Source: Candidatus Hydrogenedentota bacterium
GTDB lineage: Bacteria > Hydrogenedentota > Hydrogenedentia > Hydrogenedentales > GCA-2746185
NCBI GenBank assembly: GCA_046583315.1
Contig: JAYGCN010000254.1
Span: 1-45,876 of the forward strand
Direction: 5' to 3'
DNA: 45,876 nucleotides
This document shows, piece after piece, positions 36,958 through 45,876 of this stretch (its first letter is position 1; each line of letters starts with the position of its first letter). Under the pieces are notes generated by a model. It did no database searches. It saw only the letters and a list, made by a program, of their open reading frames with translations, and was not told where the DNA came from. The position numbers were made by a program, and so were the translations under genes.

Positions 36958-37608
36958 ATGTCCGACACAATACGTATTACCGAGATTTATCACAGCATCC
37001 AGGGCGAATCGACCTGGGCGGGCCTGCCGTGTACCTTCGTCCGACTGGCGCGCTGCAACTTACGGTGCACTTGGTGTGACACGGCGTATTCATTTTACGG
37101 CGGCGATCCAATGACCGTCGAGGAAATCGTCACGCAGTGCGTAGCCTATGACTGTCCGCTGGTAGAAATTACGGGAGGCGAACCCTTGGCACAGGCCCTG
37201 TGCATTCCGCTGTCGCAGGCCCTCATCGACCGGGGCTACACGGTTCTGATCGAAACCAGCGGTAGTCTTCCCATCGCTCCACTACCGGCAGATGTCATCA
37301 AGATTATGGACCTGAAATGCCCGGGTTCGGGTGAATGCAGCAAGAACGATTACTCGAACATTGCGGAACTCTCTAAAGAAGACGAAGTGAAATTCGTAAT
37401 CACCGATCGCATCGATTACGAATGGGCCAAAGACCAGGTGGGGTCGCACAATCTGATCGAACGCTGCAACGCGGTGCTCTTCTCCCCCGTGTTCAGCCTG
37501 ATTGAACCCGAGACCATCGTCAACTGGATCACTGAAGATAAACTGCAAGTTCGATTCCAGCTACAGATGCACAAGTTCATCTGGCCGCCGGATCAGAAGG
37601 GTGTCTGA
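36958..37608 (+). CDS. queE: 7-carboxy-7-deazaguanine synthase QueE (radical SAM)
   Basis: ITEIYHSIQGESTWAGLPCTFVRLARCNLRCTWCDT has the CxxxCxxC radical-SAM triad (C-NLR-C-TW-C) in the QueE N-terminal context, with a TGA stop. Confidence 0.9.
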   Translation: MSDTIRITEIYHSIQGESTWAGLPCTFVRLARCNLRCTWCDTAYSFYGGDPMTVEEIVTQCVAYDCPLVEITGGEPLAQALCIPLSQALIDRGYTVLIETSGSLPIAPLPADVIKIMDLKCPGSGECSKNDYSNIAELSKEDEVKFVITDRIDYEWAKDQVGSHNLIERCNAVLFSPVFSLIEPETIVNWITEDKLQVRFQLQMHKFIWPPDQKGV

Positions 37609-37617
37609 GCGAAGCGT

Positions 37618-37986
<369 letters not shown>

Positions 37987-38003
37987 CTACGAACTCGATA
38001 GGA

Positions 38004-39345
38004 CTATAAATCGTAGCCCACTTCTTCATGTTCACTTAGGTCCAGCCCAATTGTTTCGACTTCATCTTCAACACGTAATCCGATCACCAAGTCTACTACC
38101 TTTAGTATGATGCCAGAAGCGACCAGGGTATAGACAGCGACAATTAGCGAGGCTTGTAATTGTACACCCAACTGCTGCCCAATGTTCATGTCTTCTACCA
38201 GTCCGCCAAGAGAGGTCGAGCCGAAGAAGGCGACCATTATGATGCCAACGAATCCGCCTACGCCGTGAACGCCTACTACGTCGAGAGCGTCGTCATATCC
38301 GAACTTCTTCTTGATGGCGGTGGCGGCGATATAACACACGACTCCGGATACCAGACCAATTGCCATGGCACCAATGGGGCCGACGCTACCGGGAGGCCGG
38401 GGTGATCGCGGCGAGGCCTGCAATGGCACCGGTGGCGAAACCGAGCGCACTGGGTTTGCCGAAGCGTATCCGCTCAATAACCATCCAGGATATGGCCGCG
38501 ACGCAGGGAGAGATTTGGGTTACGACGATGGCCATGGCGGCAGAACCGTCCGCAGCGAGTGCCGATCCGCCGTTGAATCCGAACCAACCGACCCAGAGCA
38601 TGGCGGTTCCGGTAAGGGTCATGGTCATGTTGTGCGGAGGCATCGCGGTTGCGGGATACCCTTTGCGCGGACCGACCATGATGGCAGCGACCAATGCAGC
38701 GACACCGGCGGTAATGTGTACAACGATACCGCCGGCGAAATCGGTCACGCCTTTGTCGGCGAAGTAGGCGCCGTCGCCTCCCCACACCATGTGGCATACG
38801 GGGATGTAAACGACGACAACCCAGATCGCGGTGAATGCGATCACGGCGGAAAACTTCATGCGTTCGGCAAAGGCACCGACGATAAGGCCGGGTGTGATGA
38901 TGGCGAAGGTCATCTGGAATACAAAAAACAGGACTTCTGGAATCGTGCCCGACATGGAGTCAGGCCCGATACCGTTGAGAAACACGTGGCTGAATCCGCC
39001 GACGAATGAATGTAGATTGAGTCCGTCGGTCGTCATGCCCGTATCATCGAAAGCCATGGAATAGCCGATGGCGATCCAGATGAGTGTGACGACGGCGGTG
39101 ATGCCGAAGCATTGCATATACACGGACAGTACATTTTTCTTGCGAACCAGTCCCGCATAAAACATGGCGAGACCGGGAATCATCATGAATAAAACGAGAC
39201 CGGTGGATATCAGAATCCAGGTGGTATCGCCAGCGTTCAATTCATCGGCTGACGCGGTCGATGGCACAAACGCCGCGGTGCATAGTGCAATGAATAAAAG
39301 ACGTTTGAATGGAGTGGTGCAAAGAGAGTGGATCCGTTCAGGCAT
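38004..39345 (-). pseudogene. amt: Ammonium transporter Amt with a 1-nt frameshift (insertion in a G/C homopolymer at about 38391-38394). This is a pseudogene if the sequence is correct, or possibly a sequencing error.
   Basis: The N-terminal ORF (39345-38386) has a signal peptide and Amt helices up to …GAIAGLAAITPAS, then stops. The C-terminal ORF (38477-38004), in the +1 frame, resumes exactly with GSVGPIGAMAIGLVSGVVCY…DVVGVHGVGGFVG…, as in AmtB (…TPACGYIGVGG…DVFGVHGVCG…). Deleting one C from tCCCgg restores ITPASGSVGPIG. Confidence 0.6.
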
Positions 39346-39372
39346 GATGGTGCTCCGTTAGTTTTACCCCTG

Positions 39373-39404
39373 TCCGGATCGAGACCCTGAGGCACTGATC
39401 CGGC
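39373..39404. promoter_or_regulatory. Inverted repeat TCCGGATC-N16-GATCCGG about 30-60 nt upstream of the amt start
   Basis: Seven-to-eight-bp arms at 39373-39380 and 39397-39404. A second inverted repeat, ATGACAT-N17-ATGTCAT, lies further upstream at about 39460-39492. Confidence 0.15.
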
Positions 39405-39752
39405 TGTCGCGTCCTGACGGCTTCAAGAATTTGACGCGGGGCGCGGCAAACTTTGCGATGATGACATCACTCCGTCCAAGACGATGTCATAGACTAAACA
39501 AAACCCGGTAATACTGAGGCGCAACCCGAACCTATCCGACCGTAATAAGTAGAACACGAACCAACAACAGCAAATTAGCGTAATGAAAGTAAGGTCTCAG
39601 ATCAACGGAGATTGGGAATCGTCCACAGGATTATAGGGTGCGCATAATTTCCCTTTCGATTACAGGACGGTATTTCGCTACTATGATATGCTGTTTCGAA
39701 TAGTCGATTCTGTGATTCAATCAGTCAACCACACGAAGGAGTACCCGGAACC

Positions 39753-41648
39753 ATGTTGAGAATGTGTCTGCTTGCCGCTGTCCTGACGCTATCTATCGCG
39801 ACCCAGGCCGCTGCCGCCCCAATCACCATCGACCTCGAGTTGGACGCGACGGATTTGCCTCGAAAACTTCTTCACGCGAAGATGACAGTGCCTGCGAAAC
39901 CCGGCACGCTGTCGATGTGGTACCCGAAGTGGATTCCGGGCATACACGCGCCGCGCGGTCCGATTCAAAACATGGCGGGCCTGCGTTTTGAGACACCTGA
40001 TGGGGGGGCATTGGACTGGACGCGCGACCCGCGCGAGACGTACCTCTTTCATTGCGAGGTGCCCAAGGGGGTGAAGAAGGTTATCGTGTCGATGGACTAC
40101 ATATGCAGCCAACCATCTACAAATTCCAGAGGGGTAGACAGTTATGGCAACAGTCTGATGGGTGTCATCAGTTGGAACACATGCTTGCTCTACCCGGACG
40201 GCTACACGAGTCGAGAAATTCGCCTGAATCCCAGTTTGATATTGCCTGAGGGTTGGAAATCGGCGAGTTCGCTAATTACGACTTCTCATTCGGACGGTGT
40301 TCAACATTTCGAGACGACGACACTGGAGACACTCGTCGACAGTCCGACCATTGTTGGTGAGAATATCCGCTCCATCGAACTCGACGGTGAAGGACTGCCT
40401 CCTGTGTATCTGGATATCGTTTCCGAATCGGCGAGTGCGCTGCAGATTGATGAAGATATTATCGAAAGCTACGGCAATATGGTCACCGAAGCGGGGCTCA
40501 TGTTCGGAGACGGCCACTTCGACGAGTATCATCTCCTGTTAACCCTGAGCGACGATTTGCCGAGAACCGGACTCGAACATTTGCGGTCCAGCCTCAACGG
40601 ATTGGGTGAGCGTGCGTTGGCTGATGCGGATGACATCGCAACATGGGACGCGTACCTGCTTCCGCACGAGTTCGGGCATTCGTGGTGCGGCAAGTTTCGC
40701 CGTCCTGCAGGCATGGACACGCCGGATTTTCACGCGCCAAAAAATACGGAAGGGCTGTGGGTGTATGAAGGTCTTGACCAGTATCTCGGCGATGTCTTGA
40801 GTGTGCGTGCGGGGTTGGTTGATGTCGAGGATTATTTTGAAGGCCTGACGATGGATATTGCCGGACTGCGCCATCAGAAAGGTCGTCAGTGGCGGCCTTT
40901 GCGCGATACGGCGATGGATTCGGGACACTTGCGTGGCGGCAGTCGCTCCTGGAGCAAAATGCGTCGCGGTCAGGATTATTATGTGGAGGGCCTATTCCTT
41001 TGGATGGAAGTCGACGCTATACTTCGCCAGCAAACGGACAACAAGAGCAGCATTGACGACTTTTGTTTGGCGTTTTTCGGTCCGGACCATCCGGATGTGG
41101 AAGTCCACCCCTATGAATTGGAGGATATTGTTGAGACCTTGAATGAGATCGCTGAATACGAGTGGGAGACCTTTCTCACGGATTGGGTCGATCATCCCCA
41201 TAAAGATCTGCCTCTTGAATTTGTGTCGCGCGTTGGCTATCGGCTGCAGTACGACACGGAGCCGTCGGATGCTCTGAAAGACAGTGAGAAACGGGGCAAC
41301 TACATCCACGCAGCGGACTCGATAGGAATGAACGTGTCGAGCGGCGGCAAAGTAAGCTCATCCGTGGTGCCGGGGTCGCCTGCGGATGCCGCCGGTATTG
41401 CGCCGGGCATGGAGATCATCGGCGTAAACGACCGTAAATTCTCGAAAAATCGTATGAAAGATGCTATCAAGGACAGCGTAACCCGCGGCGACATCGAGTT
41501 GCTGGTCGCGGAAGGGGAAATTATTCGCACGATCACCATCGCATACGATTCGGGGTCGCGGTACTACACTTTGGTGCGCGATGAGTCGAAACCGGATTAC
41601 CTGAGCGATATTTTTGCGCCACGACGTGCGGATGCATCCGCAAAATAA
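39753..41648 (+). CDS. Secreted M61-family metallopeptidase (glycyl aminopeptidase-like) with a C-terminal PDZ domain
   Basis: A signal peptide (MLRMCLLAAVLTLSIATQAAAAP) is followed by an HEXXH zinc site (LLPHEFGHSW) in the M61 context. The C-terminal PDZ-like segment reads SSVVPGSPADAAGIAPGMEIIGVNDRKF. Confidence 0.8.
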   Translation: MLRMCLLAAVLTLSIATQAAAAPITIDLELDATDLPRKLLHAKMTVPAKPGTLSMWYPKWIPGIHAPRGPIQNMAGLRFETPDGGALDWTRDPRETYLFHCEVPKGVKKVIVSMDYICSQPSTNSRGVDSYGNSLMGVISWNTCLLYPDGYTSREIRLNPSLILPEGWKSASSLITTSHSDGVQHFETTTLETLVDSPTIVGENIRSIELDGEGLPPVYLDIVSESASALQIDEDIIESYGNMVTEAGLMFGDGHFDEYHLLLTLSDDLPRTGLEHLRSSLNGLGERALADADDIATWDAYLLPHEFGHSWCGKFRRPAGMDTPDFHAPKNTEGLWVYEGLDQYLGDVLSVRAGLVDVEDYFEGLTMDIAGLRHQKGRQWRPLRDTAMDSGHLRGGSRSWSKMRRGQDYYVEGLFLWMEVDAILRQQTDNKSSIDDFCLAFFGPDHPDVEVHPYELEDIVETLNEIAEYEWETFLTDWVDHPHKDLPLEFVSRVGYRLQYDTEPSDALKDSEKRGNYIHAADSIGMNVSSGGKVSSSVVPGSPADAAGIAPGMEIIGVNDRKFSKNRMKDAIKDSVTRGDIELLVAEGEIIRTITIAYDSGSRYYTLVRDESKPDYLSDIFAPRRADASAK

Positions 41649-41799
41649 TGACGGGCACGTGAATATTCTCTGGAATTGACTGTAATCCCTTATAACGCTT
41701 CACAACAGGATGTCTGCGATTGGACTTTGCTCCGTGTATGGGTACGTTAAAACGCGAATGCGGACTGGCTGTGTGGGTGCTGAATAGGGAGTTCTGAAT

Positions 41800-42378
41800 A
41801 TGGTAACCGTGTTTCAAATTTGTACGGTCTTCGGATCGGTCATCATGATCTTGCAAATACTCATGACCATGCTGGGCATGGATGGTGAAGCGGAGGACAT
41901 CGGCGATGTGGGAGATGACCTCGAAATGGGCGACGAGTATATCGACACGCACAACGTGTCAACTCAATTTTTCGGCATCATCAGTTTTCGTTCGGTGATC
42001 GCCGCTTTGGCCTTTTTCGGCATTGGTGGACTCATCGGAGACTCCGCCGGATTCCCGACTATCATCACGCTATCGTTTGCCATCGGAATGGGCTTTGTCG
42101 TGATGGTGCTGGTGGGTTGGATTATGCAAACGATGATGAAACTCAAATCAGACGGCACGGTGAACATCAAGAACGCGATCGGAACCGTCGGCACGGTCTA
42201 CCTGACCATCCCGGCGGCAAAGTCCGGTGCGGGAAAAGTGACGCTCTCGATACAGAATCGCACCATGGAGTACGAAGCCGTCACGCAGGATGAAGAAAGC
42301 ATCGCCACGGGCGCGCGGGTCGAAGTGTGCGACATCGTGGACGTTCATACAATCGAAGTCAAACGAGAAAACGGATAG
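41800..42378 (+). CDS. NfeD-like membrane protein (short NfeD/YuaF type), partner of flotillin
   Basis: N-terminal membrane helices and an acidic loop are followed by a C-terminal OB-fold-like beta region, GTVGTVYLTIPAAKSGAGKVTLSIQNRTMEYEAVTQ…ARVEVCDIVDVHTIEV. The gene lies 9 nt upstream of the flotillin gene. Confidence 0.7.
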   Translation: MVTVFQICTVFGSVIMILQILMTMLGMDGEAEDIGDVGDDLEMGDEYIDTHNVSTQFFGIISFRSVIAALAFFGIGGLIGDSAGFPTIITLSFAIGMGFVVMVLVGWIMQTMMKLKSDGTVNIKNAIGTVGTVYLTIPAAKSGAGKVTLSIQNRTMEYEAVTQDEESIATGARVEVCDIVDVHTIEVKRENG

Positions 42379-42387
42379 GAGTACACC

Positions 42388-44055
42388 ATGGAAACTGGGC
42401 TCTACATTACCGGCGGAATCGCTTTACTGGCCGTATTATTCTTTTCACTCATTCTTCTGCTGAGCAAGCGTTATAAACGCTGCCCGAGTAACCGAATTCT
42501 CGTGATTTACGGTAAGGTCAACAAAGGCCAGAGCGCGAAAACCATTCACGGCGGCGCGGCATTTGTCATCCCTCTGTTACAAGATTTTGATTACTTGAGC
42601 CTGGAGCCGATTCAGATCGAAGTACCCCTGCGCGATGCTCTGTCCATGGAAAACATTCGTGTAAGTGTTCCCTCCGTCTTTACCGTCGCAATCGGCACCG
42701 AGCCGGACATGATGAACAATGCGGCGATACGTTTGCTCGGCCTCGATATCGCATCCATTCAGAAACAATGTGAAGACATCATCTTCGGACAGTTGCGCCA
42801 GGTGATCGCGTCCATGAAAATTCAGGACATCAACCGCGACCGTGAACAATTCCTGATTAACATTCAGACCAACCTCGAACCGGAACTTCGCAAAGTCGGA
42901 ATGGTGCTCATCAACGTAAACATCACCGATATCACGGACGAGTCGGGGTACATCGAAGCCATTGGTAAGAAGGCAGCATCCGAAGCCATCCAGCGTGCGC
43001 GTGGTGATGTGGCGGATGAGCAGAAGAAAGGTGAGATTCGCGTCGCGGAGGCGGAGCGTGATGAAGCCGTTCAGGTCGCCGAACACAACAAACTTAAACA
43101 GATCGGTATGCGCGAAGCCCAGAGGGAACAGGCCGTTCGCATCGCTGACCTGGCCAAGGAACAAGCAGTTGGTGAGCAGCAGGCCGCTTTCCTCCAGGAA
43201 ACGAAAATCAAAGACGCTGAGCGTGAGAAACGCGTCGCTGTGGCCAATGCTGACTCTGTGGCCTCCATCGGTGAAAAAGAAGCTGAGCAATCAATGCGTG
43301 TATCGGTGGCAGAAGCCGATGCCCGTGCCATCGAAGGGGAAAATACGTCTCAGGCGGCGGTTGCTGTATCGAATGCCAGCCTTGAAGTGCAGCGCGCGGA
43401 ATCTTATCAGATAGGGCAGACGAAAACGGAAGAAGCCAAGGCGGCCGTGATGGAAGCGAAGAACCTGGCCTTGGCCAAAGCAGCTATTGCGGACGCGCAA
43501 CGTGTTGAAGCTGAACACCGTGCGCGACTTGAAGCGACGGCTAAAGCGAAGAAGGCTGAGACCATCGTGGAGGCGCAGGCTGAAGCGGAGAGAATGCGCC
43601 TGGAAGCTGAAGGTGAGGCGTCTGCAATTTTTGCCAAACTGGAAGCTGAAGCGAAGGGTCAATACGAGATTTTGGCGAAGAAAGGTGACGGTCTACGTCA
43701 GATCGTTGATGCCTGCGGCGGGGCCGATCAAGCCTTCAAATTACTGATGCTCGAACAACTCGAGATGCTAGCCGAGACCTCCGCAAAGGCCATCTCCAAT
43801 ATCAAATTCGACAAGGTCATCGTCTGGGAAAACGGCGGCTCAGATGGAAAAGGAAGTACATCCGGATTCCTGAGCAGCCTCGCGAACACCATGCCCCCCA
43901 TGTTGCAGGTCATGAAAGATATCGGCGGTATTGAATTCCCTGATGCCCTGGCAACGATACACGGCGACGACGAAACGGCGAAGGACGATGAGCAGGAGGC
44001 GCGGAAACCGGAGGATAAGGCGAAGGATTCTCCTGCTACGGAAATCGTTGAGTAG
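42388..44055 (+). CDS. Flotillin-family SPFH/band-7 protein (FloT/YuaG-like)
   Basis: An N-terminal helix is followed by the SPFH domain (…ILVIYGKVNKGQSAKTIHGGAAFVIPLLQDFDYLSLEPIQIEV…), a long Ala/Glu-rich coiled-coil (flotillin EA repeats) and a C-terminal …KFDKVIVWENGG. Confidence 0.9.
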   Translation: METGLYITGGIALLAVLFFSLILLLSKRYKRCPSNRILVIYGKVNKGQSAKTIHGGAAFVIPLLQDFDYLSLEPIQIEVPLRDALSMENIRVSVPSVFTVAIGTEPDMMNNAAIRLLGLDIASIQKQCEDIIFGQLRQVIASMKIQDINRDREQFLINIQTNLEPELRKVGMVLINVNITDITDESGYIEAIGKKAASEAIQRARGDVADEQKKGEIRVAEAERDEAVQVAEHNKLKQIGMREAQREQAVRIADLAKEQAVGEQQAAFLQETKIKDAEREKRVAVANADSVASIGEKEAEQSMRVSVAEADARAIEGENTSQAAVAVSNASLEVQRAESYQIGQTKTEEAKAAVMEAKNLALAKAAIADAQRVEAEHRARLEATAKAKKAETIVEAQAEAERMRLEAEGEASAIFAKLEAEAKGQYEILAKKGDGLRQIVDACGGADQAFKLLMLEQLEMLAETSAKAISNIKFDKVIVWENGGSDGKGSTSGFLSSLANTMPPMLQVMKDIGGIEFPDALATIHGDDETAKDDEQEARKPEDKAKDSPATEIVE

Positions 44056-44067
44056 CTTCGGCGCGGA

Positions 44068-44526
44068 CTACTTGTAAAGCGTGAGTGGTTCGAAGCCGCC
44101 GAGGATCCCACCGACGACGAGGGTGAAAGCTCCGAACACGACCACGGTGAAAACGACTTGGAGCACACTCACCATGACTCCGCTGCCGATGCCGATGGCG
44201 CCCTTCTTCGGCTCGACGAGCATCTTGGCGCAGATGATGCACTGTGCGATGAAACTCATGACCATGATGCCCATCAGCGAGGCCGTCGGATCGACCAGGC
44301 CCATGGTACCGCTGAGAAGTTCCATGGCGAATTTGATGCCTGCACCGACGGCAAGCACCATAAACGATACCATGCATGCCATGCCGTAGGATGGATTGAA
44401 GCCGGTGACAATCTTGCACGCGAATTGAATGAACAAGGCCACGACCATGGCGACGAGTATGCCACCCAAAAACGGACCGCCAAGCTGAGCTATCAAGTTC
44501 TGCATCGTTGCAACCTCCTGCCACAT
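44068..44526 (-). CDS. Small polytopic membrane protein of unknown function
   Basis: 152 aa with about 4 hydrophobic helices and Gly-rich helix faces, with no motif recognised. The start may be the internal Met at 44505. Confidence 0.5.
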   Translation of the reverse strand: MWQEVATMQNLIAQLGGPFLGGILVAMVVALFIQFACKIVTGFNPSYGMACMVSFMVLAVGAGIKFAMELLSGTMGLVDPTASLMGIMVMSFIAQCIICAKMLVEPKKGAIGIGSGVMVSVLQVVFTVVVFGAFTLVVGGILGGFEPLTLYK

Positions 44527-44903
44527 TTCTAGTTCGCGCGAACCTTAGTTCTTCGTCGAAAAACGTGGCGTACCTTCGTACGCCGATACGCGATCACTAA
44601 TTCAGGACACAGCCTATGCCCATTCACGCAAATATAACTACGCAACCTATAAGTATACCCACTTTTAGAGTTTTTGTGAAGTATTAATCGTATTTATTGT
44701 TCGGAATGGAGGTCAGGAAACGAATCTACAGATACATAACCTGTGCTATACATATATTTACGACATAGCGTCAGAAGAGTGGGCGGGTATCAGCATTTCC
44801 TCGATCTAAAGCGTGAATAGTAAGGCGGATACGTGGAGAACAGCACCGCGTTGCGTCATTCCACGGCGAAGTGCAATGCAAATCGTGTAACGTTCATACC
44901 TAT

Positions 44904-45575
44904 TCAACCATGACTGTATGGACCTCTTCGTAAACAGAACTGACACTCTCTATTAGCCTTCCGAATTTCGTTCAGTGCTATAACTTTTTCCCGAGTTGGG
45001 GAACCAGAACAAAAGTCGATACTAAATTTATCCGAAAGGATTCTATCCGCTATGGCATCTGCATCGTCTCCGTCGAATTCTCTAAGAGCCGCCGGAACCA
45101 CCTCCTGAATCTTAACCATAATCGGACCCCAACCCACAGAATCTATCATGTGCCCGCCGTGGCCACCGTGCAATGTTAGGGCGTTCGCGCTCGCTTCAAT
45201 AGCCAAGTCTCGCCGATTGAACAGGGTTTCAATGTACACCCTATCTAGAGGGGTGTCGCCGATAACGTTTTTGGCGTTTACGTCCGCACCGTGCTCAACG
45301 AGATAACAAATTACATCTACATAACGATTCCCTGAAGCTAGATGAAGAGCGGTCTGTTCATCATGTTCGTCATCACTTTTATGATTTACATCCGCGCCGT
45401 TTTCCACAAGGAGCTCGACCATGCGCAACCCGGCATGAACAGCAGGAAGCAATAATTCATCTAACTCTTTTTTGGAAACGCCCTTCTTAATGTGCTTTTT
45501 TGCAACTCTAAGGTCATTACCGTAGACGGAGCTTTTGAACGATTTGTTACTAAAAATGCTGAACCAACCCATCAT
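44904..45575 (-). CDS. Ankyrin-repeat protein in a low-GC island
   Basis: At least two ANK repeats (…GLRMVELLVENGADVNHKSDDEHDEQTALHLASGNRYVDVICYLVEHGADVNAKNVIGDTPLD…) and an unrelated C-terminal region containing a CxxC motif. The local GC is around 42%, against about 57% for the window. Confidence 0.75.
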   Translation of the reverse strand: MMGWFSIFSNKSFKSSVYGNDLRVAKKHIKKGVSKKELDELLLPAVHAGLRMVELLVENGADVNHKSDDEHDEQTALHLASGNRYVDVICYLVEHGADVNAKNVIGDTPLDRVYIETLFNRRDLAIEASANALTLHGGHGGHMIDSVGWGPIMVKIQEVVPAALREFDGDDADAIADRILSDKFSIDFCSGSPTREKVIALNEIRKANRECQFCLRRGPYSHG

Positions 45576-45723
45576 CTAGTCCTTTCTTCTAGTGTCGAAT
45601 ATATTACTATAAGGGTCGCAAAAGGATGCCTTACTCTATGAGTGCCAGCAATTTCTTCTAAAAGTGGAGACATCCCCCGGCTTATATGGTTTTCCTATAT
45701 ACATTGCCGTTGGTAACGATGAG

Positions 45724-45876
45724 TTATGATCGGTCACTATCTCGAATCACGTAGGTTTGCAGGTAGGATTCGATGATGCCCTGGTGTTCCTGACTATAGA
45801 GCACGGGGTAGAGCATGCTTTCTTGTCCGTCGATGAGGCCTTGGGCGCGGGATTTGATGGCCTGGGCGATGCGGTA
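45724..45876 (-). CDS. 3' end of a gene running off the window (C-terminal 50 aa, …ESMLYPVLYSQEHQGIIESYLQTYVIRDSDRS)
   Basis: Open frame on the minus strand from the window edge to a TAA at 45724-45726. The function is undetermined; there is a faint resemblance to a winged-helix wing. Confidence 0.35.
   Translation of the reverse strand, partial: YRIAQAIKSRAQGLIDGQESMLYPVLYSQEHQGIIESYLQTYVIRDSDRS

Overview
The window is a 45.9-kb bacterial chromosomal segment of about 57% GC. It uses the standard genetic code: TGA, TAG and TAA all terminate clearly real genes, for example queE, protein A and dnaK. The segment is densely coded with roughly 45 genes.

Read left to right, the content is:

1. 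An apparently intact IS3-family insertion sequence (332-1620) with orfA/orfB and an A7G programmed-frameshift site.
2. Two tandem paralogous proteins of about 785 aa (1793-6520). Each looks like a degenerate radical-SAM-like barrel lacking the CxxxCxxC triad, followed by a conserved Cys/His cluster, a conserved unknown beta-rich domain, and a C-terminal GT2-type glycosyltransferase domain. This is my best candidate for an undescribed system.
3. Housekeeping and signalling genes. These are a Trm112-like protein directly downstream of rsmA/ksgA, and an FHA-GAF-class III nucleotidyl cyclase.
4. A block of secreted and membrane proteins, then a tonB-exbB pair with no exbD/tolR.
5. A flagellar module on the minus strand. 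It carries fliM, fliY (CheC-FliN fusion), fliA (sigma-28), a small unknown ORF, a membrane-anchored HTH protein, a fliK-like gene and a stand-alone FlhB C-terminal-domain gene.
6. A polysaccharide deacetylase/GT2 pair.
7. A tightly packed plus-strand operon (22234-30982, possibly extending to 31921). It encodes a B12-binding-domain/radical-SAM-like protein with a degenerate Cys motif, a FabF-like ketosynthase whose second catalytic His is replaced by Gln, a sensor kinase, a REC-GAF-PAS hybrid kinase and a sigma-54-dependent NtrC-type regulator, followed by a PfkB kinase.
8. A decayed sulfatase pseudogene (two frameshifts and one in-frame TGA) fused at its 3' end to a fragment of a membrane-protein gene.
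9. A stand-alone dnaK, a 640-bp non-coding stretch with a candidate 41-aa membrane peptide, then queE.
10. glnK plus an amt ammonium transporter interrupted by a 1-nt homopolymer frameshift.
11. An M61 peptidase with a PDZ domain, then an NfeD-flotillin pair.
12. A low-GC island carrying an ankyrin-repeat protein.

I found no rRNA, tRNA or CRISPR array.
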